This document shows positions 24,201 to 38,800 of a stretch of DNA of 64,000 nucleotides, piece after piece. The stretch spans positions 422,902,001 through 422,966,000 of the forward strand of contig OZ024740.1 of NCBI GenBank assembly GCA_964016885.1. Direction: 5' to 3'. Every line of letters starts with the position of its first letter. Position 1 is the first letter of the stretch. The translations under genes and the position numbers were made by a program. The stretch is from Eledone cirrhosa. Its lineage: Eukaryota. The notes beneath the pieces were generated by a model. It did no database searches. It had not been told where the DNA came from and saw nothing but the letters and a program-made list of their open reading frames with translations.

Positions 24201-27200
24201 AGTTCTGGATGTAAGGAGAGCTGGACCTTAGGAGAGAGAGGAGGTGTTGATCGGGAAGGTAAGATGTGTGGAGAGAGTGGTTGACAGGTCTGGATGTAAG
24301 GACAGCTAGACCTTAGGACAGAGAAGAGGTGTTGATGGAGAAGGTCAGAAGTGTGGAGAGAGTGGTTGACAGGTCTGGATGTAAGGACAGCTGGACCTTA
24401 GGACAGAGAGGAGGTGTTGATAGAGAAGGTCAGAAGTGTGGAGAGAGTGGTTGACAGGTCTGGATGTAAGGAGAGCTAGACCTTAAGAAATAGAGGTGGT
24501 GTTGATAGAGAAGGTCAGAATTGTGGAGAGAGTGGTTGACAGGTCTGGATGTAAGGAGAGCTAGACCTTAGGACTGAGAGGAGATGTTGATAGAGAAGGT
24601 CAGAAGTGTGGAGAGAGTGGTTGACAGGTCTGGATGTAAGGACAGCTGGACCTTAGGACAGAGAGGAGGTGTTGATAGAGAAGGTCAGAAGTGTGGAGAG
24701 AGTGGTTGACAGGTCTGGATGTAAGGAGAGCTAGACCTTAGGAAAGAGAGGAGGTGTTGATAGAGAAGGTCAGAAGTGTGGAGAGAGTGGTTGACAGGTC
24801 TGGATGTAAGGAGAGCTAGACCTTAGGACTGAGAGGAGATGTTGATAGAGAAGGTCAGAAGTGTGGAGAGAGTGGTTGACAGGTCTGGATGTAAGGAGAG
24901 CTAGACCTTAGGACAGAGAGGTGTTGATGGAGAATGTAAGAAGTGTGGCGAGAGTGGTTGACAGGTCTGGATGTAAGGAGAGCTAGACCTTAGGAAAGAG
25001 AGGAGGTGTTGATAGAGAAGGTCAGACGTGTGGAGAGAGTGGTTGACAGGTCTGGATGTAAGGAGAGCTAGACCTTACGACAGAAAGGAGGTGTTGATAG
25101 AGAAGGTCAGAAGTGTGGAGAGAGTGGTAGAGAGGTCTGGATGTAAGGAGAGCTAGACCTTAGGACAGAGAGGAGGTGTTGATAGAGAAGGTCAGAAGTG
25201 TGGAGAGAGTGGTAGAGAGGTCTGGATGTAAGGAGAGCTGGACCTTAGGACTGAGAGGAGATGTTGATAGAGAAGGTCAGAAGTGTGGAGAGAGTGGTTG
25301 ACAGGTCTGGATGTAAGGAGAGGTAGACCTTAGGACAGAGAGGTGTTGATGGAGAATGTAAGAAGTGTGGCGAGAGTGGTTGACAGGTCTGGATGTAAGG
25401 AGAGCTAGACCTTAGGAAAGAGAGGAGGTGTTGATAGAGAAGGTCAGACGTGTGGAGAGAGTGGTTGACAGGTCTGGATGTAAGGAGAGCTAGACCTTAG
25501 GACAGAAAGGAGGTGTTGATAGAGAAGGTCAGAAGTGTGGAGAGAGTGGTAGAGAGGTCTGGATGTAAGGAGAGCTAGACCTTAGGACAGAGAGGAGGTG
25601 TTGATAGAGAAGGTCAGAAGTGTGGAGAGAGTGGTAGAGAGGTCTGGATGTAAGGAGAGCTGGACCTTAGGACATAGAGGAGGTGTTGATAGAGAAGGTC
25701 AGAAGTGTGGAGAGAGTGGTTGACAGGTCTGGATGTAAGGAGAGCTAGACCTTAGGACAGAGAAGAGGTGTTGATGGAGAAGGTCGGAAGTTGGGAGAGA
25801 GTGGTTGACAGGTTTGGATGTAAGGACAGCTGGACCTTAGGACAGAGAGGAGGTGTTGTTAGAGAAGGTCAGAAGTGTGGAGAGAGTGGTTGACAGGTCT
25901 GGATGTAAGGAGAGCTGGACCTTAGGAAAGAGAGGAGGTGTTGATAGAGAAGGTCAGAAGTGTGGAGAGAGTGGTTGACAGGTCTGGATGTAAGGAGATC
26001 TAGACATTAGGAAAGAGAGGAGGTGTTGATAGAGAAGGTCAGAAGTGTGGAGAGAGTGGTTGACAGGTCTGGATGTAAGGAGAGCTAGACCTTAGGACTG
26101 AGAGGAGATGTTGATAGAGAAGGTCAGAAGTGTGGAGAGAGTGGTTGACAGTTCTGGATGTAAGGAGAGCTGGACCTTAGGAGAGAGAGGAGGTGTTGAT
26201 CGGGAAGGTAAGATGTGTGGAGAGAGTGGTTGACAGGTCTGGATGTAAGGACAGCTAGACCTTAGGACAGAGAAGAGGTGTTGATGGAGAAGGTCAGAAG
26301 TGTGGAGAGAGTGGTTGACAGGTCTGGATGTAAGGACAGCTGGACCTTAGGACAGAGAGGAGGTGTTGATAGAGAAGGTCAGAAGTGTGGAGAGAGTGGT
26401 TGAAAGGTCTGGATGTAAGGAGAGCTAGACCTTAAGAAAGAGAGGAGGTGTTGATAGAGAAGGTCAGAATTGTGGAGAGAGTGGTTGACAGGTCTGGATG
26501 TAAGGAGAGCTAGACCTTAGGACTGAGAGGAGATGTTGATAGAGAAGGTCAGAAGTGTGGAGAGAGTGGTTGACAGGTCTGGATGTAAGGACAGCTGGAC
26601 CTTAGGACAGAGAGGAGGTGTTGATAGAGAAGGTCAGAAGTGTGGAGAGAGTGGTTGACAGGTCTGGATGTAAGGAGAGCTAGACCTTAGGAAAGAGAGG
26701 AGGTGTTGATAGAGAAGGTCAGAAGTGTGGAGAGAGTGGTTGACAGGTCTGGATGTAAGGAGAGCTAGACCTTAGGACAGAAAGGAGGTGTTGATAGAGA
26801 AGGTCAGAAGTGTGGAGAGAGTGGTAGAGAGGTCTGGATGTAAGGAGAGCTGGACCTTAGGACATAGAGGAGGTGTTGATAGAGAAGGTCAGAAGTGTGG
26901 AGAGAGTGGTAGAGAGGTCTGGATGTAAGGAGATCTAGACATTAGGAAAGAGAGGAGGTGTTGATAGAGAAGGTCAGAAGTGTGGAGAGAGTGGTTGACA
27001 GGTCTGGATGTAAGGAGAGCTAGACCTTAGGACAGAGAGGAGATGTTGATGGAGAAGGTAAGAAGTGTGGAGAGAGTGGTTGACAGGTCTGGATGTAAGG
27101 AGAGCTAGACCTTAGGAAAGAGAGGAGGTGTTGATAGAGAAGGTCAGAATTGTGGAGAGAGTGGTTGACAGGTCTGGATGTAAGGAGAGCTAGACCTTAG

Positions 27201-30200
27201 GACAGAGAAGAGGTGTTGATGGAGAAGGTCGGAAGTTGGGAGAGAGTGGTTGACAGGTTTGGATGTAAGGACAGCTGGACCTTAGGACAGAGAGGAGGTG
27301 TTGTTAGAGAAGGTCAGAAGTGTGGAGAGAGTGGTTGACAGGTCTGGATGTAAGGAGAGCTGGACCTTAGGACAGAGAGGAGATGTTGATGGAGAAGGTA
27401 AGAAGTGTGGAGAGAGTGGTTGACAGGTCTGGATGTAAGGAGAGCTAGACCTTAGGAAAGAGAGGAGGTGTTGATAGAGAAGGTCAGAAGTGTGGAGAGA
27501 GTGGTTGACAGGTCTGGATGTAAGGAGAGCTAGACCTTAGGACAGAGAGGAGATGTTGATGGAGAAGGTAAGAAGTGTGGAGAGAGAGGTTGACAGGTCT
27601 GGATGTAAGGAGAGCTAGACCTTAGGAAAGAGAGGAGGTGTTGATAGAGAAGGTCAGAAGTGTGGAAAGAGTGGTTGACAGGTCTGGATGTAAGGAGAGC
27701 TGGACCTTAGGAAAGAGAGGAGGTGTTGATAGAGAAGGTCAGAAGTGTGGAGAGAGTGGTTGACAGGTCTGGATGTAAGGAGAGCTAGACCTTAGGACAG
27801 AGAGGAGGTGTTGATAGAGAAGGTCAGAAGTGTGGAGAGAGTGGTTGACAGGTCTGGATGTAAGGAGAGCTAGACCTTAGGACAGAGAGGAGGTGTTGTT
27901 AGAGAAGGTCAGAAGTGTGGAGAGAGTGGTTGGCAGGTCTGGATGTAAGGAGAGCTAGACCTTAGGAAAGAGAGGAGGTGTTGATAGAGAAGGTCAGAAG
28001 TGTGGAGAGAGTGGTCGGCAGGTCTGGATGTAAGGAGAGCTGGAACTTAGGACAGAGAGGAGGTGTTGATAGAGAAGGTCAGAAGTGTGGAGAGGGTGGT
28101 AGAGAGGTCTGGATGTAAGGAGAGCTAGACCTTAGGACAGAGAGGAGGTGTTGATAGAGAAGGTCAAAAGTGTGGAGAGAGTGGATGACAGGTCTGGATG
28201 TAAGGAGAGCTGGACCTTAGGACAGAGAGGAGGTGTTGATTGAGTAGGTCAGAAGTGTGGTGAGAGTGGTAGAGAGGTCTGGATGTAAGGAGAGGTGGAC
28301 CTTAGGACATAGAGGAGGTGTTGATAGAGAAGGTCAGAAGTGTGGAGAGAATGGTTGACAGGTCTGGATGTAAGGAGAACTGGACCTTAGGACTGAGAGG
28401 AGGTGTTGATAGTGAAGGTCAGAAGTGTGGAGAGAGTGGTTGACAGGTCTGGGTGTAAGGAGAGCTAGACCTTAGGACAGAGAGGAGGTGTTGATGGAGA
28501 AGGTCAGATGTGTGGAGAGAGTGGTAGAGAGGTCTGGATGTAAGAAGAGCTGGACCTTAGGACATAGAGGAGGTGTTGATAGAGAAGGTCAGAAGTGTGG
28601 AGAGAATGGTTGACAGGTCTGGATGTAAGGAGAGCTGGACCTTAGGACAGGGAGGAGGTGTTGATAGTGAAGGTCAGAAGTGTGGAGAGAGTGGTTGACA
28701 GGTCTGGGTGTAAGGAGAGCTATACCTTAGGACAGAGAGGAGGTGTTGATAGAGAAGGTCAGAAGTGTGGAGAGAGTGGTTGACAGGTCTGGATGTAAGG
28801 AGACCTAGACCTTAGAACAGAGAAGAGGTGTTGATAGAGAAGGTCAGAAGTGTGGAGAGAGTGGTACACAGGTCTGGATGTAAGGAGAGCTAGACCTTAG
28901 GACAGAGAGGAGATGTTGATAGAGAAGGTCAGAAGTGTGGAGAGAGTGGTTGACAGGTCTGGATGTAAGGAGAGCTAGACCTTAGGACAGAGAGGAGGTG
29001 TTGATGGAGAATGTAAGAAGTGTGGCGAGAGTGGTTGACAGGTCTGGATGTAAGGAGAGCTAGACCTTAGGAAAGAGAGGAGGTGTTGATAGAGAAGGTC
29101 AGACGTGTGGAGAGAGTGGTTGACAGGTCTGGATGTAAGGAGAGCTAGACCTTAGGACAGAAAGGAGGTGTTGATAGAGAAGGTCAGAAGTGTGGAGAGA
29201 GTGGTAGAGAGGTCTGGATGTAAGGAGAGCTAAACCTTAGGACAGAGAGGAGGTGTTGATAGAGAAGGTCAGAAGTGTGGAGAGAGTGGTAGAGAGGTCT
29301 GGATGTAAGGAGAGCTGGACCTTAGGACATAGAGGAGGTGTTGATAGAGAAGGTCAGAAGTGTGGAGAGAGTGGTTGACAGGTCTGGATGTAAGGAGAGC
29401 TAGACCTTAGGACAGAGAAGAGGTGTTGATGGAGAAGGTCAGAAGTTGGGAGAGAGTGGTTGACAGGTTTGGATGTAAGGACAGCTGGACCTTAGGACAG
29501 AGAGGAGGTGTTGTTAGAGAAGGTCAGAAGTGTGGAGAGAGTGGTTGACAGGTCTGGATGTAAGGAGAGCTAGACCTTAGGAAAGAGAGGAGGTGTTGAT
29601 GGAGAATGTAAGAAGTGTGGAGAGAGTGGTTGACAGGTCTGGATGTAAGGAGAGCTAGACCTTAGGACAGAGAGGAGATGTTGATGGAGAAGGTAAGAAG
29701 TGTGGAGAGAGTGGTTGACAGGTCTGGATGTAAGGAGAGCTAGACCTTAGGAAAGAGAGGAGGTGTTGATAGAGAAGGTCAGAAGTGTGGAGAGAGTGGT
29801 TGACAGGTCTGGATGTAAGGAGAGCTAGACCTTAGGACAGAGAGGAGGTGTTGATAGAGAAGGTCAGAAGTGTGGAGAGAGTGGTTGACAGGTCTGGATG
29901 TAAGGAGAGCTGGACCTTAGGAAAGAGAGGAGGTGTTGATAGAGAAGGTCAGAAGTGTGGAGAGAGTGGTTGACAGGTCTGGATGTAAGGAGAGCTAGAC
30001 CTTAGGACAGAGAGGAGGTGTTGATAGAGAAGGTCAGAAGTGTGGAGAGAGTGGTTGACAGGTCTGGATGTAAGGAGAGCTAGACCTTAGGACAGAGAGG
30101 AGGTGTTGATAGAGAAGGTCAGAAGTGTGGAGAGAGTGGTTGACAGGTCTGGATGTAAGGAGAGCTGGACCTTAGGAAAGAGAGGAGGTGTTGATAGAGC

Positions 30201-32479
30201 AGGTCAGAAGTGTGGAGAGAGTGGTTGACAGGTCTGGATGTAAGGAGAGCTAGACCTTAGGACAGAGAGGAGGTGTTGATAGAGAAGGTCAGAAGTGTGG
30301 AGAGAGTGGTTGACAGGTCTGGATGTAAGGAGAGCTGGACCTTAGGAAAGAGAGGAGGTGTTGATAGAGAAGGTCAGAAGTGTGGAGAGAGTGGTTGACA
30401 GGTCTGGATGTAAGGAGAGCTAGACCTTAGTACAGAGAGGAGGTGTTGATAGAGAAGGTTAGAAGTGTGGAGAGAGTGGTTGACAGGTCTGGATGTAAGG
30501 AGAGCTGGACCTTAGGAAAGAGAGGAGGTGTTGATAGAGAAGGTCAGAAGTGTGGAGAGAGTGGTTGACAGGTCTGGATGTAAGGAGAGCTAGACCTTAG
30601 GACAGAGAGGAGGTGTTGATAGAGAAGGTCAGAAGTGTGGAGAGAGTGGTTGGCAGGTCTGGATGTAAGGAGAGCTGGAACTTAGGACAGAGACGAGGTG
30701 TTGATAGAGAAGGTCAGAAGTGTGGAGAGGGTGGTAGAGAGGTCTGGATGTAAGGAGAGCTAGACCTTAGGACAGAGAGGAGGTGTTGATAGAGAAGGTC
30801 AAAAGTGTGGAGAGAGTGGATGACAGGTCTGGATGTAAGGAGAGCTGGCCCTTAGGACAGAGAGGAGGTGTTGATTGAGTAGGTCAGAAGTGTGGTGAGA
30901 GTGGTAGAGAGGTCTGGATGTAAGGAGAGCTGGACCTTAGGACATAGAGGAGGTGTTGATAGAGAAGGTCAGAAGTGTGGAGAGAATGGTTGACAGGTCT
31001 GGATGTAAGGAGAGCTGGACCTTAGGACAGGGAGGAGGTGTTGATAGTGAAGGTCAGAAGTGTGGAGAGAGTGGTTGACAGGTCTGGGTGTAAGGAGAGC
31101 TATACCTTAGGAAAGAGAGGAGGTGTTGATAGAGAATGTAAGAAGTGTGGCGAGAGTGGTTGACAGGTCTGGATGTAAGGAGAGCTAGACCTTAGGAAAG
31201 AGAGGAGGTGTTGATAGAGAAGGTCAGACGTGTGGAGAGAGTGGTAGAGAGGTCTGGATGTAAGGAGAGCTGGACCTTAGGACATAGAGGAGGTGTTGAT
31301 AGAGAAGGTCAGAAGTGTGGAGAGAGTGGTTGACAGGTCTGGATGTAAGGAGAGCTAGACCTTAGGACAGAGAAGAGGTGTTGATGGAGAAGGTCAGAAG
31401 TTGGGAGAGAGTGGTTGACAGGTTTGGATGTAAGGACAGCTGGACCTTAGGACAGAGAGGAGGTGTTGTTAGAGAAGGTCAGAAGTGTGGAGAGAGTGGT
31501 TGACAGGTCTGGATGTAAGGAGAGCTAGACCTTAGGAAAGAGAGGAGGTGTTGATAGAGAAGGTCAGAAGTGTGGAGAGAGTGGTTGACAGGTCTGGATG
31601 TAAGGAGAGCTAGACCTTAGGACATAGAGGAGGTGTTGATAGAGAAGGTCAGAAGTGTGGAGAGAGTGGTAGAGAGGTCTGGATGTAAGGAGAGCTAGAC
31701 CTTATGACAGAGAGGAGGTGTTGATGGAGAATGTAAGAAGTGTGGAGAGAGTGGTTGACAGGTCTGGATGTAAGGAGAGCTAGACTTTAGGACAGAGAGG
31801 AGATGTTGATGGAGAAGGTAAGAAGTGTGGAGAGAGTGGTTGACAGGTCTGGATGTAAGGAGAGCTAGACCTTAGGAAAGAGAGGAGGTGTTGATAGAGA
31901 AGGTCAGAAGTGTGGAAAGTGTGGTTGACAGGTCTGGATGTAAGGAGAGCTAGACCTTAGGAAAGCGAGGAGGTGTTGATAGAGAAGGTCAGAAGTGTGG
32001 AGAGAGTGGTTGACAGGTCTGGATGTAAGGAGAGCTAGACCTTAGGACAGAGAGGAGGTGTTGATAGAGAAGGTCAGAAGTGTGGAGAGAGTGGTTGACA
32101 GGTCTGGATGTAAGCAGAGCTAGACCTTAGGACAGAGAGGAGATGTTGATGGAGAAGGTAAGAAGTGTGGAGAGAGTGGTTGACAGGTCTGGATGTAAGG
32201 AGAGCTAGACCTTAGGAAAGAGAGGAGGTGTTGATAGAGAAGGTCAGAAGTGTGGAAAGAGTGGTTGACAGGTCTGGATGTAAGGAGAGCTGGACCTTAG
32301 GACAGAGAGGAGGTGTTGATAAAGAAGGTCAGAAGTGTGGAGAGAGTGGTTGGCAGGTCTGGATGTAAGGAGAGCTAGACCTTAGGACAGAGAGGAGGTG
32401 TTGATAGAGAAGGTCAGAAGTGTGGAGAGAGTGGTTGACAGGTCTGGATGTAAGGAGAGCTAGACCTTAGGACAGAGAG

Positions 32480-34680
32480 GAGGTGTTGATAGAGAAGGTC
32501 AGATGTGTGGAGAGAGTGGTAGAGAGGTCTGGATGTAAGAAGAGCTGGACCTTAGGACATAGAGGAGGTGTTGATTGAGAAGGTCTGATTTTTGGAGAGA
32601 GTGGTTGACAGGTCTGGATGTAAGGAGAGCTGGGCCTTAGGACAGAGAGGATGTGTTGATAGTGAAGGTCAGAAGTGTGGAGAGAGTGGTTGACAGGTCT
32701 GGATGTAAGGAGAGCTGGACCTTAGGATAGAGAGGAGGTGTTGATTGAGAAGGTCTGATTTTTGGAGAGAGTGGTTGACAGGTCTGGATGTAAGGAGAGC
32801 TGGACCTTAGGACAGAGAGGAGATGTTGATAGAGAAGGTCAGAAGTGTGGAGAGAGTGGTTGACAGGTATGGATGTAAGGAGAGCTAGACCTTAGGACAG
32901 AGAAGAGGTGTTGATGGAGAAGGTCAGAAGTGTGGAGTGAGTGGTTGACAGGTCTGGATGTAAGGAGAGCTGGACCTTAGGACAGGGAGGAGGTGTTGAT
33001 AGTGAAGGTCAGAAGTGTGGAGAGAGTGGTTGACAGGTCTGGGTGTAAGGAGAGCTATACCTTAGGACAGAGAGGAGGTGTTGATAGAGAAGGTCAGAAG
33101 TGTGGAGAGAGTGGTTGACAGGTCTGGATGTAAGGAGACCTAGACCTTAGGACAGAGAAGAGGTGTTGATAGAGAAGGTCAGAAGTGTGGAGAGAGTGGT
33201 ACACAGGTCTGGATGTAAGGAGAGCTAGACCTTAGGAAAGAGAGGAGGTGTTGATAGAGAAGGTCAGAAGTGTGGAGAGAGTGGTTGACAGGTCTGGATG
33301 TAAGGAGAGCTAGACCTTAGGACAGAGAGGAGGTGTTGATAGAGAAGGTCAGAAGTGTGGAGAGAGTGGTTGACAGGTCTGGATGTAAGGAGAGCTATAC
33401 ATTAGGACAGAGAGGAGGTGTTGATAGAGAAGGTCAGAAGTGTGGAGAGAGTGGTTGACAGGTCTGGATGTAAGGAGACCTAGACCTTAGGACAGAGAAG
33501 AGGTGTTGATAGAGAAGGTCAGAAGTGTGGAGAGAGTGGTTGACAGGTCTGGATGTAAGGAGAGCTAGACCTTAGGACAGAGAGGAGGTGTTGATAGAGA
33601 AGGTCAGAAGTGTGGAGAGAGTGGTTGACAGGTCTGGATGTAAGGAGAGCTAGACCTTAGGACAGAGAGGAGATGTTGATGGAGAAGGTAAGAAGTGTGG
33701 AGAGAGTGGTTGACAGGTCTGGATGTAAGGAGAGCTAGACCTTAGGAAAGAGAGGAGGTGTTGATAGAGAAGGTCAGAAGTGTGGAGAGGGTGGTAGAGA
33801 GGTCTGGATGTAAGGAGAGCTAGACCTTAGGACAGAGAGGAGGTGTTGATAGAGAAGGTCAGATGTGTGGAGAGAGTGGTAGAGAGGTCTGGATGTAAGG
33901 AGAGCTGGACCTTAGGACAGAGAGGAGGTGTTGATTGAGTAGGTCAGAAGTGTGGTGAGAGTGGTAGAGAGGTCTGGATGTAAGGAGAGCTGGACCTTAG
34001 GACATAGAGGAGGTGTTGATAGAGAAGGTCAGAAGTGTGGAGAGAATGGTTGACAGGTCTGGATGTAAGGAGAGCTGGACCTTAGGACTGAGAGGAGGTG
34101 TTGATAGTGAAGGTCAGAAGTGTGGAGAGAGTGGTTGACAGGTCTGGGTGTAAGGAGAGCTAGACCTTAGGACAGAGAGGAGGTGTTGATGGAGAAGGTC
34201 AGATGTGTGGAGAGAGTGGTAGAGAGGTCTGGATGTAAGAAGAGCTGGACCTTAGGACATAGAGGAGGTGTTGATTGAGAAGGTCTGATTTTTGGAGAGA
34301 GTGGTTGACAGGTCTGGATGTAAGGAGAGCTGGACCTTAGGACAGAGAGGATGTGTTGATAGTGAAGGTCAGAAGTGTGGAGAGAGTGGTTGACAGGTCT
34401 GGATGTAAGGAGAGCTGGACCTTAGGATAGAGAGGAGGTGTTGATTGAGAAGGTCTGATTTTTGGAGAGAGTGGTTGACAGGTCTGGATGTAAGGAGAGC
34501 TGGACCTTAGGACAGAGAGGAGATGTTGATAGAGAAGGTCAGAAGTGTGGAGAGAGTGGTTGACAGGTATGGATGTAAGGAGAGCTAGACCTTAGGACAG
34601 AGAAGAGGTGTTGATGGAGAAGGTCAGAAGTGTGGAGAGAGTGGTTGACAGGTCTGGATGTAAGGAGAGCTGGACCTTAG
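32480..34680 (+). repeat. Short higher-order duplication, offset 1700 bp (20 monomers): ~32480-32980 / ~34180-34680
   Basis: TGATTTTT 32586/34286 and 32756/34456; GGTATGG ~32867/~34567; TAAGAAG ~32536/~34236. Confidence 0.8.
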
Positions 34681-36229
34681 GACAGAGAGGAGGTGTTGAT
34701 AGAGAAGGTCAGAAGTGTGTAGAGAGTGGTTGACAGGTCTGGATGTAAGTAGAGCTGGACCTTAGGAGAGAGAGGAAGTGTTGATAGAGAGGGTCAGAAG
34801 TGTGGAGAGAGTGGTAGAGAGGTCTGGATGTAAGGAGATCTAGACCTCAGGACAGAGAGGAGGTGTTGATAGAGAAGGTCAGATGTGTGGAGAGAGTGGT
34901 AGAGAGGTCTGGGTGTAAGGAGAGCTAGACCTTAGGACAGAAGGGAGGTGTTGATAGAGAAGGTCAGAAGTGTGGAGAGAGTGGTTGACAGTTCTGGATG
35001 TAAGGAGAGCTGGACCTTAGGACAGAGAGGAGGTGTTGATAGAGAAGGTCAGAAGTGTGGAGAGAGTGGTTGACAGGTCTGGATGTAAGGAGAGCTAGAC
35101 CTTAGGACAGAGAGGAGGTGTTGATGGAGAATGTAAGAAGTGTGGATAGAGTGGTTGACAGGTCTGGATGTAAGGAGAGCTAGACCTTAGGACAGAGAGG
35201 AGGTGTTGATAGAGAAGGTAAGAAGTGTGGAGAGATTGGTTGACAGGTCTGGATGTAAGGAGAGCTAGACCTTAGGAAAGAGAGGAGGTGTTGATAGAGA
35301 AGGTCAGACGTGTGGAGAGAGTGGTTGACAGGTCTGGATGTAAGGGCAGCTAGACCTTAGGACAGAGAGGAGGTGTTGATAGAGAAGGTCAGAAGTGTGG
35401 AGAGAGTGGTAGAGAGGTCTGGATGTAAGGAGAGCTAGACCTTAGGACAGAGAGGAGGTGTTGATAGAGAAGGTCAGAAGTGTGGAGAGAGTGGTAGAGT
35501 GGTCTGGATGTAAGGAGAGCTGGACCTTAGGACATAGAGGAGGTGTTGATAGAGAAGGTCAGAAGTGTGGAGAGAGTGGTTGACAGGTCTGGATGTAAGG
35601 AGAGCTAGACATTAGGACAGAGAAGAGGTGTTGATGGAGAAGGTCAGAAGTTGGGAGAGAGTGGTTGACAGGTTTGGATGTAAGGACAGCTGGACCTTAG
35701 GACAGAGAGGAGGTGTTGTTAGAGAAGGTCAGAAGTGTGGAGAGAGTGGTTGACAGGTCTGGATGTAAGGAGAGCTAGACCTTAGGAAAGAGAGGAGGTG
35801 TTGATGGAGAAGGTCAGAAGTGTGGAGAGAGTGGTTGACAGGTCTGGATGTAAGGAGAGCTAGACCTTAGGACAGAGAGGAGGTGTTGATGGAGAATGTA
35901 AGAAGTGTGGAGAGAGTGGTTGACAGGTCTGGATGTAAGGAGAGCTAGACCTTAGGACAGAAAAGAGGTGTTGATGGAGAAGGTCAGAAGTTGGGAGAGA
36001 GTGGTTGACAGGTTTGGATGTAAGGAGAGCTGGACCTTAGGACAGAGAGGAGGTGTTGATAGAGAAGATCAGAAGTGTGGAGAGAGTGGTTGACAGGTCT
36101 GGATGTAAGGAGAGCTGGACCTTAGGACAAAGAAGAGGTGTTGATGGAGAAGGTCAGAAGTGTGGAGAGAGTGGTTGACAGGTCTGGATGTAAGGAGAGC
36201 TGGACCTTAGGACAGAGAGGAAGTGTTGA

Positions 36230-38800
36230 TAGAGAAGGTCAGAAGTGTGTAGAGAGTGGTTGACAGGTCTGGATGTAAGGAGAGCTGGATCTTAGGATAG
36301 AGAGGAGGTGTTGATTGAGAAGATCTGATTTTTGGAGAGAGTGGTTGACAGGTCTGGATGTAAGTAGAGCTGGACCTTAGGAGAGAGAGGAAGTGTTGAT
36401 AGAGAGGGTCAGAAGTGTGGAGAGAGTGGTAGAGAGGTCTGGATGTAAGGAGATCTAGACCTCAGGACAGAGAGGAGGTGTTGATAGAGAAGGTCAGATG
36501 TGTGGAGAGAGTGGTTGACAGGTCTGGATGTAAGGAGAGCTAGACCTTAGGACAGAAGGGAGGTGTTGATAGAGAAGGTCAGAAGTGTGGAGAGAGTGGT
36601 TGACAGTTCTGGATGTAAGGAGAGCTGGACCTTAGGAGAGAGAGGAGGTGTTGATCGGGAAGGTAAGATGTGTGGAGAGAGTGGTTGACAGGTCTGGATG
36701 TAAGGACAGCTAGACCTTAGGACAGAGAAGAGCTGTTGATGGAGAAGGTCAGAAGTGTGGAGAGAGTGGTTGACAGGTCTGGATGTAAGGACAGCTGGAC
36801 CTTAGGACAGAGAGGAGGTGTTGATAGAGAAGGTCAGAAGTGTGGAGAGAGTGGTTGACAGGTCTGGATGTAAGGAGAGCTAGACCTTAGGAAAGAGAGG
36901 AGGTGTTGATAGAGAAGGTCAGAAGTGTGGAGAGAGTGGTTGACAGGTCTGGATGTAAGGAGAGCTAGACCTTAGCACTGAGAGGAGATGTTGATAGAGA
37001 AGGTCAGAAGTGTGGAGAGAGTGGTTGACAGGTCTGGATGTAAGGAGAGCTAGACCTTAGGACAGAGAGGAGGTGTTGATGGAGAATGTAAGAAGTGTGG
37101 AGAGAGTGGTTGACAGGTCTGGATGTAAGGAGAGCTAGGCCTTAGGACAGAGAGGAGGTGTTGATAGAGAAGGTAAGAAGTGTGGAGAGAGTGGTTGACA
37201 GGTCTGGATGTAAGGAGAGCTAGACCTTAGGACAGAGAGGAGGTGTTGATAGAGTAGGTCAGAAGTGTGGAGAGAGTGGTAGAGAGGTCTGGATGTAAGG
37301 AGAGCTAGACCTTAGGACAGAGAGGAGGTGTTGATAGAGAAGGTCAGAAGTGTGGAGAGAGTGGTAGAGAGGTCTGGATGTAAGGAGAGCTGGACCTTAG
37401 GACATAGAGGAGGTGTTGATAGAGAAGGTCAGAAGTGTGGAGAGAGTGGTTGACAGGTCTGGATGTAAGGAGAGCTAGACCTTAGGACAGAGAGGAGGTG
37501 TTGATAGAGAAGGACAGAAGTGTGTAGAGAGTGGTTGACAGGTCTGGATGTAAGGAGAGCTGGATCTTAGGATAGAGAGGAGGTGTTGATTGAGAAGATC
37601 TGATTTTTGGAGAGAGTGGTTGACAGGTCTGGATGTAAGTAGAGCAGGACCTTAGGAGAGAGAGGAAGTGTTGATAGAGAGGGTCAGAAGTGTGGAGAGA
37701 GTGGTAGAGAGGTCTGGATGTAAGGAGATCTAGACCTCAGGACAGAGAGGAGGTGTTGATAGAGAAGGTCAAATGTGTGGAGAGAGTGGTTGACAGGTCT
37801 GGATGTAAGGAGAGCTAGACCTTAGGACAGAAGGGAGGTGTTGATAGAGAAGGTCAGAAGTGTGGAGAGAGTGGTTGACAGTTCTGGATGTAAGGAGAGC
37901 TGGACCTTAGGAGAGAGAGGAGGTGTTGATCGGGAAGGTAAGATGTGTGGAGAGAGTGGTTGACAGGTCTGGATGTAAGGACAGCTAGACCTTAGGACAG
38001 AGAAGAGCTGTTGATGGAGAAGGTCAGAAGTGTGGAGAGAGTGGTTGACAGGTCTGGATGTAAGGACAGCTGGACCTTAGGACAGAGAGGAGGTGTTGAT
38101 AGAGAAGGTCAGAAGTGTGGAGAGAGTGGTTGACAGATCTGGATGTAAGGAGAGCTAGACCTTAGGAAAGAGAGGAGGTGTTGATAGAGAAGGTCAGAAG
38201 TGTGGAGAGAGTGGTTGACAGGTCTGCATGTGAGGAGAGCTAGACCTTAGGACTGAGAGGAGATGTTGATAGAGAAGGTCAGAAGTGTGGAGAGAGTGGT
38301 TGACAGGTCTGGATGTAAAGAGAGCTAGACCTTAGGACAGAGAGGAGGTGTTGATGGAGAATGTAAGAAGTGTGGAGAGAGTGGTTGACAGGTCTGGATG
38401 TAAGGAGAGCTAGACCTTAGGACAGAGAGGAGGTGTTGATAGAGAAGGTAAGAAGTGTGGAGAGAGTGGTTGACAGGTCTGGATGTAAGGAGAGCTAGAC
38501 CTTAGGAAAGAGAGGAGGTGTTGATAGAGAAGGTCAGACGTGTGGAGAGAGTGGTTGACAGGTCTGGATGTAAGGAGAGCTAGACCTTAGGACAGAGAGG
38601 AGGTGTTGATAGAGTAGGTCAGAAGTGTGGAGAGAGTGGTAGAGAGGTCTGGATGTAAGGACAGCTAGACCTTAGGATAGAGAGGGGGTGTTGATAGAGA
38701 AGGTCAGAAGTGTGGAGAGAGTGGTAGAGAGGTCTGGATGTAAGGAGAGCTGGACCTTAGGACATAGAGGAGGTGTTGATAGAGAAGGTCAGAAGTGTGG
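36230..38800 (+). repeat. Tandem duplication of a 15-16-monomer block (offset 1275 bp, then 1360 bp)
   Basis: AGAAGTGTGTAG 36241/37516, TGATTTTT 36326/37601, AGCTGTTG 36731/38006, AGAGTAGG 37251/38611. Confidence 0.82.
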
